Of a stretch of DNA of 64,000 nucleotides, positions 30,603-39,782 are shown one piece after another. The notes under the pieces are model-generated. The model worked only from the letters and a program-made list of their open reading frames with translations. It searched no databases and was not told where the DNA came from. Location of the stretch: positions 5,470 to 69,469 of the forward strand of contig JAVTVZ010000063.1 in assembly GCA_032229625.1 (NCBI GenBank), in the 5' to 3' direction. This DNA is from Dermatophilaceae bacterium (lineage in GTDB: Bacteria > Actinomycetota > Actinomycetes > Actinomycetales > Dermatophilaceae). Made by a program: the position numbers and the translations under genes. Every line of letters begins with the position of its first letter. The first letter of the stretch is position 1.

Positions 30603-30828
30603 GGCTCCCGAGGCGCGATCCCACGGCGGCGGCCGGCTCCGGGCAGTCCCGGGGTCGGCCGCCGACGTGTGTCCGGGGTCGGCTGCTGCGGTGTGTCCGG
30701 GCGCGGGGCGTCGGGGCTGCCGCATCGGGGCTGCCGCGTCGGGGGTCGCGTCGTCGGGTCGGGTGGAGAGGCGTGAGCGTAGGGGTGCCGGGGGGAACCG
30801 GGGTGTGCGGGCCGCACCGCCCGCGCTA

Positions 30829-30847
30829 ACCTGAACACCGTTCAGGT
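30829..30847. promoter_or_regulatory. BioQ-type operator palindrome upstream of bioB
   Basis: ACCTGAAC-ACC-GTTCAGGT contains the TGAAC-N3-GTTCA site established for actinobacterial BioQ. It lies about 75 nt before the bioB ATG. Confidence 0.8.
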
Positions 30848-30920
30848 GGCGCCCTGTGCGGTCGCCACCACCGCCTCACGAGTCGCGCGAGGGGCGACCC
30901 GCTCGCGCCAGGAGAAGCCC

Positions 30921-32045
30921 ATGCCCACGTCCTACGACGCCCTCGCCGACGCGGTGCTCGCCGGCACCCCCGTCACCGCCGACCAGGCACTGGAGGTGCT
31001 GCAGGCGCCCGACGCGCAGGTGCTCGACGTCGTCGCCGCGGCCGCCCGGCTGCGGCGCAGGCACTTCGCCGACACGGTCAAGGTCAACTACCTCGTCAAC
31101 CTCAAGTCCGGCCTCTGCCAGGAGGACTGCACCTACTGCTCCCAGTCGCTGGGGTCGAGCGCCGACATCCTGAAGTACTCGTGGCTCTCGAGCGAGCAGG
31201 CCGTCGCCCAGGCCCGCGCCGGGCTGAGCGCGGGCGCGACCCGGGTCTGCATGGTCTCCAGCGGGCGCGGCCCGAGCCGGCGTGACGTCGAGCGGGTCGC
31301 CGGCATGGTCGGCGCGCTCAAGGAGGAGTATCCGCAGGTCGAGGTGTGTGCCTGCCTCGGGCTGCTGGGGGAGGGGCAGGCGGAGCGGCTGCGCGAGGCC
31401 GGCGTCGACGCCTACAACCACAACGTCAACACGGCCGCGTCGCACCACGATCAGATCGTCTCCACCCACTCCTACGACGATCGCGTCGCGACGGTGCAGC
31501 GCGCCCAGGACGCGGGGCTGTCGGCGTGTAGCGGCCTCATCGCCGGGCTGGGGGAGAGCGACGAGCAGCTCGTCGAGGCGCTCTTCGCGCTGCGCGACCT
31601 CGGCTCGGACTCGATCCCGGTGAACTTCCTCATGCCCTTCGACGGCACCCCGCAGGCCGACACGTGGGAGCTGACGCCGCTGCGCTGCCTGAAGATCCTG
31701 GCGATGGCGCGCTTCGTCTGCCCCGACGTCGAGATCCGCATCGCCGGCGGCCGCGAGCTGCACCTGCGCTCGCTGCAGGGGCTGGCGCTGCACGTCGCCA
31801 ACTCGATCTTCCTCGGGGACTACCTGACCTCGCAGGGGCAGGCGGCGCAGGACGACCTGGCGCTCATCGCGGACAACGGCTTCGTCGTCCTAGGCTCGCA
31901 CGACGGCGCACACGAGGGCGCACCGGAGGGCCCCCAAGAGGGCGCGCAGGACGAGGCCGAGGTGATCTCGGTCCGGGAGTCGCACGCCGCTGACCTGCAG
32001 GTGCGTCGCCGGGGTGCGGGCACCGCCCTGCTGCCGAACGCCTGA
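30921..32045 (+). CDS. bioB: Biotin synthase
   Basis: Radical-SAM [28 protein letters not shown] and RIAGGRE. Confidence 0.96.
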   Translation: MPTSYDALADAVLAGTPVTADQALEVLQAPDAQVLDVVAAAARLRRRHFADTVKVNYLVNLKSGLCQEDCTYCSQSLGSSADILKYSWLSSEQAVAQARAGLSAGATRVCMVSSGRGPSRRDVERVAGMVGALKEEYPQVEVCACLGLLGEGQAERLREAGVDAYNHNVNTAASHHDQIVSTHSYDDRVATVQRAQDAGLSACSGLIAGLGESDEQLVEALFALRDLGSDSIPVNFLMPFDGTPQADTWELTPLRCLKILAMARFVCPDVEIRIAGGRELHLRSLQGLALHVANSIFLGDYLTSQGQAAQDDLALIADNGFVVLGSHDGAHEGAPEGPQEGAQDEAEVISVRESHAADLQVRRRGAGTALLPNA

Positions 32046-32183
32046 GCCGCGCCGGGCGGCCCCGCATCCCCCGGCCGTCGGAGGGGAGCCGGGGGCGCGG
32101 GAGCGGCGCCGGCGCGCGGGTCTCCCGGCAGAGCGATGGTAGGAATGGCCCACGCGTGGGGCGAGCTTCGTGGCATCGCGTGA

Positions 32184-32227
32184 CGAGGGCGCTCCGAGGG
32201 CGCTCCGAGGGCGCCACGAGGGCGTCC
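32184..32227 (+). repeat. 11-bp tandem repeat CGAGGGCGCTC x4
   Basis: Two exact and two degenerate copies upstream of the alpha-galactosidase gene. Confidence 0.85.
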
Positions 32228-32288
32228 GGCTCAGCAGTGACGAGCCCGGCCGACGCGTGGACCGCCCCGACGTCGTGAGGACCCCGCC

Positions 32289-34634
32289 ATGCCCGTCGCT
32301 CACCCCACCGCTGCCGGCGCCACGGGCCGGGCCGGCGCCGCAAGACCGCCGGATGCCGTCGTCCACCTGCGCGCCGCAGGCGTCGGGCTGCTGCTCGACC
32401 TGTCCGACGGGGCGCTGCCGGCGGTCATCCACTGGGGCGCCGACATCGGCCCGCTGGGCGCCGACGAGGCGCGTGGCCTCATCGCCGCCGCCGTCCCGCC
32501 GGTGCCGGGGAATGCTCCCGAGACGCCGCTGCGGCTCGCGCTGCTGCCGCAGGCGCACGCCGGGTGGCTCGGGCGACCCGGTCTGTCCGGGCACCGCGAC
32601 GGCGCGGGGTGGAGCCCGCGGTTCGTCACCACCGGCGTGTGGCTCGACGGCGAGCCTGTGACCGGCTACGTCGAGCGCGAGGTCGCCGCCCGGCGCAGCG
32701 GGCACGGTGTCGCCGGCGCGGTGCGGCTCGTCGTCGACGCCCGCGACGACACCCTCCGGCTCGACCTGCGCCTGGAGATCGAGCTGCTCGGCTCCGGGCT
32801 CGTGCGCAGCCGCGCGCGCGTCACCAACGGCGACGACGCGCCCTACACGCTCGACGATCTCGTCCTGGCCTACCCCGTGCCGGGGACCGCGCGCGACGTG
32901 CTGGACTTCGCGGGCCGCTGGGGCAAGGAGAAGGTGCCCCAGCGGGGCCGCCTCGACGTCGGCACGCACCTGCGCGAGGGGCGGCGAGGCCGCACCGGCG
33001 CCGACGCCGCCGGTGTGCTGCACCTCGGGGAGGACGGTTTCGGCTTCGCCCACGGGCGCATCTGGGGCGTGCACACGGCCTACAGCGGCAACCACACGCA
33101 CTACGCCGAGCGGCTGAGCAGCGGGGTCCAGGTCGCCGGTGGGGGAGAGCTGCTGCTGCCCGGCGAGATCCGGCTCGCCCGCGGCGAGAGCTACACCGGG
33201 CCGTGGGTCTACGGGTCCTACGGGGTCGGGCTCGATGAGGTCGCGGCGCGCTTCCACCGCTACCTGCGCGGGCGCGAGCAGCACGTCGACACGGCGCGGC
33301 CGGTGACGCTCAACGTCTGGGAGGCCGTGTATTTCGACCACGACCTGCCCCGGCTGCTCGACCTCGCCGAGCGCGCCGCGGCCCTGGGAGTGGAGCGCTT
33401 CGTGCTCGACGACGGCTGGTTCGGGGCGCGCCGCGACGACCACGCCGGCCTCGGCGACTGGGTCGTCAGCGCCGACGCCTGGCCCGACGGGCTGGCCCCG
33501 CTCATCGACGGGGTCACGGCGCTGGGCATGCAGTTCGGGCTGTGGTTCGAGCCCGAGATGGTCAACCCCGATTCCGATGTCGCCCGCGCGCACCCCGACT
33601 GGATCATGACGGCCCGCCCGAGCGAGGGCGCCGCGGGATGGCCGATCGAGTCGCGCTTCCAGCAGGTGCTCGACCTCGGCATCCCGCAGGCGTATGCCCA
33701 CGTGCGGGACCAGATGGACGCGCTGCTCACGCAGTACGACATCGCCTACCTCAAGTGGGACCACAACCGCGACCTCACCGAGGCCGGCGACGCGACCCGC
33801 GGGGGGCGCCCCGGCGTGCACGCCCAGACGCACGCCTTCTACCGGCTCGTCGACGAACTCAAGGCGCGGCACCCCGGCCTGGAGATCGAGTCGTGCTCCT
33901 CCGGCGGCTCGCGGGTCGACCTCGAGGTCATGCAGCGGTGCGACCGCATCTGGGTCAGCGACTGCATCGACCCCCTCGAGCGGCAGCAGATGAACCGCTG
34001 GACGATGCAGCTCCTGCCGCCCGAGCTGCTCGGCAGCCACATCGCCTCCGGTCGCTCGCACACGACGGGGCGGGTGCACGACCTGTCGTTCCGCGCCGGC
34101 ACCGCGCTGCTCGGTCACCTGGGCATCGAGTGGGACCTCGCGCGGGCCACCGACGACGAGCTCACCGAGCTCGCCGCGTGGATCGCCTACTACCAGGAGC
34201 ACCGTGAGCATCTGCTCTCCGGTGACCTCGTGCGCGTCGACGTCGCCGACCCCGACACCCTCGCCGTCTACGGCGTGCTCGCCCCCGACCGCGCCCGCGC
34301 GACGTACTTCCTCGCGACGACCGGCCGCAGCGACGTCAGCCCCCGCCCCCGGGTGAGGCTGCCGGGCCTGGACCCCACCCGCACGTATGCCGTCACGCCC
34401 GTCATCGTCGGCGCCCACCCCGGTGGCCTGGCGGCCGCGCGCTGGTGGCTCGCCGACGGCGAGATCGAGGAGCCCGGCGCGCTCGACCCGGCGCACCCCT
34501 ATCCGGAGCCCACCCTGGGTGGGCGGCGACTCTCCGGAGGCACGTTCTCCGGCGCAGCCCTGGCGGAGGTCGGCCTCCAACCGCCGCTGCTGCACCCCGA
34601 CCAGATCGTGATGTACGAGCTGGCCGCCGTCTGA
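32289..34634 (+). CDS. Alpha-galactosidase (GH36)
   Basis: LNVWEAVYFDH, FVLDDGWFG, FGLWFEPEMVN, YLKWDHNR, ESCSSGGSRVD and WVSDCID. Confidence 0.95.
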   Translation: MPVAHPTAAGATGRAGAARPPDAVVHLRAAGVGLLLDLSDGALPAVIHWGADIGPLGADEARGLIAAAVPPVPGNAPETPLRLALLPQAHAGWLGRPGLSGHRDGAGWSPRFVTTGVWLDGEPVTGYVEREVAARRSGHGVAGAVRLVVDARDDTLRLDLRLEIELLGSGLVRSRARVTNGDDAPYTLDDLVLAYPVPGTARDVLDFAGRWGKEKVPQRGRLDVGTHLREGRRGRTGADAAGVLHLGEDGFGFAHGRIWGVHTAYSGNHTHYAERLSSGVQVAGGGELLLPGEIRLARGESYTGPWVYGSYGVGLDEVAARFHRYLRGREQHVDTARPVTLNVWEAVYFDHDLPRLLDLAERAAALGVERFVLDDGWFGARRDDHAGLGDWVVSADAWPDGLAPLIDGVTALGMQFGLWFEPEMVNPDSDVARAHPDWIMTARPSEGAAGWPIESRFQQVLDLGIPQAYAHVRDQMDALLTQYDIAYLKWDHNRDLTEAGDATRGGRPGVHAQTHAFYRLVDELKARHPGLEIESCSSGGSRVDLEVMQRCDRIWVSDCIDPLERQQMNRWTMQLLPPELLGSHIASGRSHTTGRVHDLSFRAGTALLGHLGIEWDLARATDDELTELAAWIAYYQEHREHLLSGDLVRVDVADPDTLAVYGVLAPDRARATYFLATTGRSDVSPRPRVRLPGLDPTRTYAVTPVIVGAHPGGLAAARWWLADGEIEEPGALDPAHPYPEPTLGGRRLSGGTFSGAALAEVGLQPPLLHPDQIVMYELAAV

Positions 34635-34730
34635 GCCGGCCGGGGATCCCCTACAGCGACAACGGCCTTCACCGATCGGGGCGGGGGTGGCGTCCGCTGA
34701 CGAGACGCCACCCCGTCCGTGTCGCGCGGG

Positions 34731-36110
34731 TCAACCAGATGCGAGCGACAGTTCGGTCGCGTAGCAGCGCTTGAGTTCGTCGAGACGGTAGAGCGTGCCG
34801 GAGTAGACGTGGCAGTGCTTCTTGAAGCGCGCGGGCTGCTCGTCCAAGAGCATGCGCACGAGTGTCGTGCCCGAGGAGTTCGTGAAGACGTCCCATTGGA
34901 TGTTCGCGCCTAGCGGCGCCTGCTGGTATCCGTACCAGCCGGTCTTGGCGTAGGAGAACGTGTCGTTCACGGGCAGTTGCCGGTCGGAGCCGCGCACCTG
35001 CAGAAGCGCGAGGAACGGGATGACCTCCTCGGCGTGCGTGAATCGGAAGACGCCGCGCACACCCGTGGCGGGAGCGGTCTCCATCGAGGTGAACACGTCG
35101 GCCAGGAGCGGCGCCGCCATGGCGTAGGTCTGCGTGCGGCCTGCCAAGGAGGGACCCTTCTCCAGGAAGTCCTGAGCGTCGGAGCGCAGGCCGAGGAGGG
35201 GGCGGGTCCACGCCGGAAGGAATCGTTCGTAGTCGAACGGACCCTCTGCTCGCAGCGCCGGGGAGATCGAATAGAGCCCGTAGACGATGTCGGTGGCGCC
35301 GGCCAGGTCCGCGACCTTGCTCTTGCCGTCCGCGGTGGTGAGCGTGATCTTTCCGGCGGTGAGGTCGGCGACGAACCCGCTCCCGAACAGGCCGGTGAGC
35401 ACCGCCTTCTCCGCCGCGACGATACGCGGCTGGGTTTCGATCCGCTTCTGCGCCGCGGCGAGGCTCGGGTCGTCCTTGACGTAGTCGTTGTACGTGGTGT
35501 TCGACTTGTGGAAATACAGCAGACCGGTGTCGGGGACCACGTCACCGAGCGTCAGACCCGGTCGCGCCGACGCCAACCCCGCGGCGAATTCACGGGCGCT
35601 CGCCGTCGCGCGTGCCTCTCCGGAGGATTCGATGCGGTATTTCCCCGACAGGGCCAGCGCTGCGCCCGCGCGGTCGGCGAGACGTCCGCCCATCTGTCGC
35701 ATCTGGTCGCGGCCGAGTGCCGAGAGGTTGCCCCAGCCGATCTTCTCGTTGGCCGCCGCCATGCGGACCGTCTCCGCGCGGAAGGCGGCGCCGGCGGGAG
35801 TCAGCGATCCGGAGGCCGCCGCGTGATCAGCCATCGCCAGGCCGAGTTCGGTGTACTTCGCGGAGGACAGGCCGCGGGCACCGTGTCGACTCAGCAGCTG
35901 CGTGGAGACGAGCCGATAGCCCCGCGGCGCCGAGGACGCGATGTGCGCGGGGACGGTGGCGATCGCCTTCGTGCCCAACGGCTGGTCGCGGGAGTCGTTG
36001 CGTGGCAGTGGGGCGGGGGACTCGTGGGCGTGGGCGTTGGCGGCGCCTGCGCCGGCGACGAGCGTGACCACAGAGACGGCGGCTGCGAGGAGGCGCACAT
36101 GAGGCTTCAT
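34731..36110 (-). CDS. Secreted histidine phosphatase, MINPP/phytase-like
   Basis: Signal peptide ending ..ANAHA, catalytic SRHGARG and RFTHAE proton-donor motif, plus ANIQWDVF. Confidence 0.85.
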   Translation of the reverse strand: MKPHVRLLAAAVSVVTLVAGAGAANAHAHESPAPLPRNDSRDQPLGTKAIATVPAHIASSAPRGYRLVSTQLLSRHGARGLSSAKYTELGLAMADHAAASGSLTPAGAAFRAETVRMAAANEKIGWGNLSALGRDQMRQMGGRLADRAGAALALSGKYRIESSGEARATASAREFAAGLASARPGLTLGDVVPDTGLLYFHKSNTTYNDYVKDDPSLAAAQKRIETQPRIVAAEKAVLTGLFGSGFVADLTAGKITLTTADGKSKVADLAGATDIVYGLYSISPALRAEGPFDYERFLPAWTRPLLGLRSDAQDFLEKGPSLAGRTQTYAMAAPLLADVFTSMETAPATGVRGVFRFTHAEEVIPFLALLQVRGSDRQLPVNDTFSYAKTGWYGYQQAPLGANIQWDVFTNSSGTTLVRMLLDEQPARFKKHCHVYSGTLYRLDELKRCYATELSLASG

Positions 36111-36308
36111 GGCGCGCAAGCCAACTCCAGGGGCGTGGCCGGCCCGGGGCCTGACGATGAACGGGCGATAGCCACCCCGTGGCCAACGCGGCAGGGGCGG
36201 TAGTCGGCCCCTACCTGCCGCGAGGCCACGCCTCTGCTCGACGAGCAGGCGGACGCTCCGCGCGAGCACGCGCGGGGAGACGCCGGACTCACACCGGCCC
36301 GGACCGGC

Positions 36309-37094
36309 TCACGGTTCTCGAGCTGCGGTGGCGCTGCGGTGGCGCAGCGTCAGCGTGAGCCGGTGGGCGGTGATGACGACGGTCAGCCACGCGCCGCCCA
36401 TCGTCCAGCCGACGAGCACGTCGGTGAGCCAGTGATGCCCCAGATACACCCGTGACAGGCCCATGAGCAGCGAATACACGACGGCGGCGGCGACGACGGC
36501 CCAGCGGGCGCGGCGCGAGCGCAGGTGCAGCAACAGCAGGTAGGCGATGATCCCGGAGACGACGACGGCGTTGAGCGAGTGCCCGCTGGGGAAGGACGGG
36601 GACGTCTCGTAGGGCGGCACCGCCCACTCGTAGGCGGGCCGGACCCGCCCGATGTAGTCCTTGCCGACGATCGTCGTGGCCAGCGATCCCGCGGCGCCGA
36701 CGACCATGAGCACGATCGGTGTGCGCGAGCGCCACCGCCAGGCCATCACCAGCACGACCGCGGTCGCCAACACCGGCATGACGACGGGTCCGCCGATCGT
36801 CGTGAAGAACGCGACGACCCGGTCCCATCCCGGCGAGCGCAGCGCCACCATGTCCATGAGCACCGGCTTGTCGACCAGGGCGATGCCCTCGTGCTCGGTG
36901 ACCGCGTCGTACAGCTCGGCGGACAGCGCCGTGAGCAGCCCCATGACGAGCGCGCCGACGAGCGCGGTCAGCGCCAGCAGCGTCACCTCGCGATGACCGA
37001 GCACCCGCACCGCGGCGTCGGCGACGACCCGCCCTGCGGGGGTGCGCCACTGCGACAGTTCGCGATCGCCGATGCGGTCCTCTGCGCGACTCAT
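36309..37094 (-). CDS. PAP2 family membrane phosphatase
   Basis: C1 KDYIGRVRP, C2 SFPSGH, C3 SRVYLGHHWLTDV and several TM helices. Confidence 0.93.
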   Translation of the reverse strand: MSRAEDRIGDRELSQWRTPAGRVVADAAVRVLGHREVTLLALTALVGALVMGLLTALSAELYDAVTEHEGIALVDKPVLMDMVALRSPGWDRVVAFFTTIGGPVVMPVLATAVVLVMAWRWRSRTPIVLMVVGAAGSLATTIVGKDYIGRVRPAYEWAVPPYETSPSFPSGHSLNAVVVSGIIAYLLLLHLRSRRARWAVVAAAVVYSLLMGLSRVYLGHHWLTDVLVGWTMGGAWLTVVITAHRLTLTLRHRSATAAREP

Positions 37095-37202
37095 CCGCAC
37101 ACCGTAGCCCTACACCCACCCGGCTAGGCTGACCTGCGACGACACGCGGTCGCGCGACCGATCGCCCGCCGCGACCAGGCCCTGCCACCCGGAGATGGGG
37201 AC

Positions 37203-38129
37203 ATGACGACACGCACCTCCCGCGCCACCCGCCACCTGACGTTGCTCGCGGCCCCGCTGGCGCTGCTGGCGCTCGCCGCGTGCGGCGCCCCCACCGACGG
37301 CGGCGGCGCCGCCCCGGGCGCGACCGGCGCGGGCACCTCGGCGGATGCTGCGGCGGGCACTGCCGGCGCCACGTCGGCGGCCTGCACGAAGGACTCGCTG
37401 GCGACCCGCACCCCCGGCACGCTGACCCTGGGCACGGACAAGCCGGCCTACCCGCCGTGGTTCGTCGACGACACCCCGGCGAACGGCCAGGGCTTCGAGT
37501 CGGCGGTCGGCTATGCCATCGCGCAGCGACTCGGCTTCGCCAAGGGCGACGTGACGTGGGTCGTCGTGCCGTTCAACACGGCCGTCGCGCCCGGCCCCAA
37601 GACCTTCGACCTGGACCTCAACCAGATCTCCGTCAGCGACGAGCGCCGCCAGGCCGTCGACTTCTCCTCCGGCTACTACGACGTGACTCAGGCGGTCGTC
37701 ACCTACAAGGGCTCCCCGATCGCCGGCAAGACGTCGATCGCACAACTGGCCGGTGCCGGCCTCGGCGCGCAGGTGGGCACGACGAGCTACACGGCGATCG
37801 TCGACCAGATCAAGCCCACGACGAAGCCGTCGGTCTACGACACCAACGACCTCGCCGTGCAGGCGCTGAAGAACCGCCAGATCGACGGCGTCGTCGTCGA
37901 CACCCCGACCGCGTTCTACATGATCGGCGCCCAGCTCGACGACGGCGTGATCGTCGGGCAGCTGCGGCGGACCGGCGCGACGCCCGAGCAGTTCGGGGCC
38001 GTCCTCGACAAGGGCTCGCCGCTGACCGCCTGCGTCAGCCAGGCCGTCGACGGGCTGCGCGCCGACGGCACCCTGGACACACTGCAGAAGCAGTGGCTCG
38101 CCGACCAGGGCGCGCCGCAGCTGTCGTGA
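37203..38129 (+). CDS. Polar amino-acid ABC transporter substrate-binding lipoprotein
   Basis: Lipobox LAAC, GTDKPAYPPW, NQISVSDER..AVDFS.GYY and GAQVGTTS. Confidence 0.92.
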   Translation: MTTRTSRATRHLTLLAAPLALLALAACGAPTDGGGAAPGATGAGTSADAAAGTAGATSAACTKDSLATRTPGTLTLGTDKPAYPPWFVDDTPANGQGFESAVGYAIAQRLGFAKGDVTWVVVPFNTAVAPGPKTFDLDLNQISVSDERRQAVDFSSGYYDVTQAVVTYKGSPIAGKTSIAQLAGAGLGAQVGTTSYTAIVDQIKPTTKPSVYDTNDLAVQALKNRQIDGVVVDTPTAFYMIGAQLDDGVIVGQLRRTGATPEQFGAVLDKGSPLTACVSQAVDGLRADGTLDTLQKQWLADQGAPQLS

Positions 38130-38980
38130 CCGCCCCAGCCTGGACCCCCTCGCACCACGAGCTGCAGCGGGCCGCCTACCGGCGCTCGCGATCACGCCGC
38201 TCGGTGCTCCTCTCCGCGGCGAGCACGATCGTCGTCGCGCTCGCCGTGACGACGGTGCTCGTCTCCTCGCCCGGCTGGCCGCGCGTGCAGTGGACGTACT
38301 TCAACTGGGACAAGGCGGTCGCGTCGCTGCCGGCGGTGCTCGACGGCCTCTGGCTCAACGTGCGCATCATGCTCGTGTGCGGCGTCGCCATCGCCGCGTG
38401 CGGGCTGCTCATCGCGATCGCCCGAACGCTACGCGGGCCCGTCTTCTTCCCGGTGCGTCTGGCCGGCACGATCTACGTCGACCTCTTCCGCGGGCTGCCG
38501 CTCATCCTCGTGCTGCTCCTGCTGGGCTACGGCGCGCCGGCTCTGCGACTGCAGGGGCTGCCGACGAGCACGCTCTTCTGGGGCTGCGTCGCGCTGATCC
38601 TGTCGTATTCGGCCTACGTCGCCGAGGTCTTCCGCGCCGGTATCGAGACCGTGCACCCCTCCCAGATCGCGGCGTCCCGCTCCCTGGGTCTCAGTCACGG
38701 CCAGACGCTGCGCCACGTCGTGCTGCCGCAGGCCGTGCGCCGCGTCATGCCACCGCTGCTCAACGACGCCGTGTCGCTGCAGAAGGACTCCGGCCTCATC
38801 TCGATCCTCGGCGTCGTCGACGCCGTGCGGGCCGCGCAGATCGCCACCGCGACCGACTTCAACTACACCCCGTATGTCGTCGCCGGCGTCCTCTTCATCG
38901 CCCTCACCGTCCCGATGGCGCGGATCACGGATTGGATCGGCGCGCGGCAGGGCTACCAGGGAGCGGGAGGCCCGCTGTGA
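38126..38980 (+). CDS. Polar amino-acid ABC transporter permease
   Basis: YVDLFRGLP, YSAYVAEVFRAGI and SLQKDSGL. GTG overlaps the previous stop. Confidence 0.93.
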   Translation: MTAPAWTPSHHELQRAAYRRSRSRRSVLLSAASTIVVALAVTTVLVSSPGWPRVQWTYFNWDKAVASLPAVLDGLWLNVRIMLVCGVAIAACGLLIAIARTLRGPVFFPVRLAGTIYVDLFRGLPLILVLLLLGYGAPALRLQGLPTSTLFWGCVALILSYSAYVAEVFRAGIETVHPSQIAASRSLGLSHGQTLRHVVLPQAVRRVMPPLLNDAVSLQKDSGLISILGVVDAVRAAQIATATDFNYTPYVVAGVLFIALTVPMARITDWIGARQGYQGAGGPL

Positions 38981-39732
38981 GCGAGGCTGCGAGCGAGCGG
39001 GAGCCGCTGCTGTCGCTGCGCGGGGTCCGCAAGTCCTTCGGCGACAACCTCGTGCTGCGCAGCATCGACCTCGACGTGCGCCCGGGGGAGTGCGTCGTGC
39101 TCATCGGCTCGTCGGGCTCGGGCAAGTCGACGCTGCTGCGCTGTATCAATCTCTTGGAACAAGTCGACGACGGCATCATCACGCTGCGCGGGAGCGAGCT
39201 GACCGACCCGCGCATCGACGTCGACGCCGCGCGGGCGCGCATCGGCATCGTCTTCCAGTCCTACAACCTCTTCCCGCATCTGAGCGTGCTCGACAACATC
39301 ACGCTCGCGCCGCGTCGCGTGCACGGGGTCGATGCCGCGACGGCCCGCGCGCGGGCGCTGGAGATGCTCGACCGGGTCGGCCTGGCGGCCACGGCCGGCG
39401 CCCGGCCCGACGACCTGTCCGGCGGGCAGCAGCAGCGTGTCGCGATCGCCCGCGCCCTGGTCAACGACCCGGGGGTCATGCTGCTCGACGAGGTCACCTC
39501 GGCTCTGGACCCCGAGCTCGTCGGCGAGGTCCTGGACCTGCTGCGCGACCTGCGGGCCGACGGCATGACGATGCTGCTCAACACCCACGAGATGGGCTTC
39601 GCCCGCCGCGTCGCCGACACCGTGTGCTTCCTGCACGACGGCGGCATCCACGAGCAGGGCACCCCGGCGCAGGTGCTCGACGACCCGCAGCAGCCGCGCA
39701 CCCGCGCCTTCCTCTCGCGGCTGCACGGGTGA
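38977..39732 (+). CDS. Polar amino-acid ABC transporter ATP-binding protein
   Basis: GSSGSGKST, LSGGQQQRVAIARAL, LLDEVTSALDPE and NTHEMGFA. Confidence 0.95.
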   Translation: MSEAASEREPLLSLRGVRKSFGDNLVLRSIDLDVRPGECVVLIGSSGSGKSTLLRCINLLEQVDDGIITLRGSELTDPRIDVDAARARIGIVFQSYNLFPHLSVLDNITLAPRRVHGVDAATARARALEMLDRVGLAATAGARPDDLSGGQQQRVAIARALVNDPGVMLLDEVTSALDPELVGEVLDLLRDLRADGMTMLLNTHEMGFARRVADTVCFLHDGGIHEQGTPAQVLDDPQQPRTRAFLSRLHG

Positions 39733-39782
39733 GGACGGTGAGGACGCGGCCCGACGCAGAGCGGCCCTGCGGCGCCGGTTGC

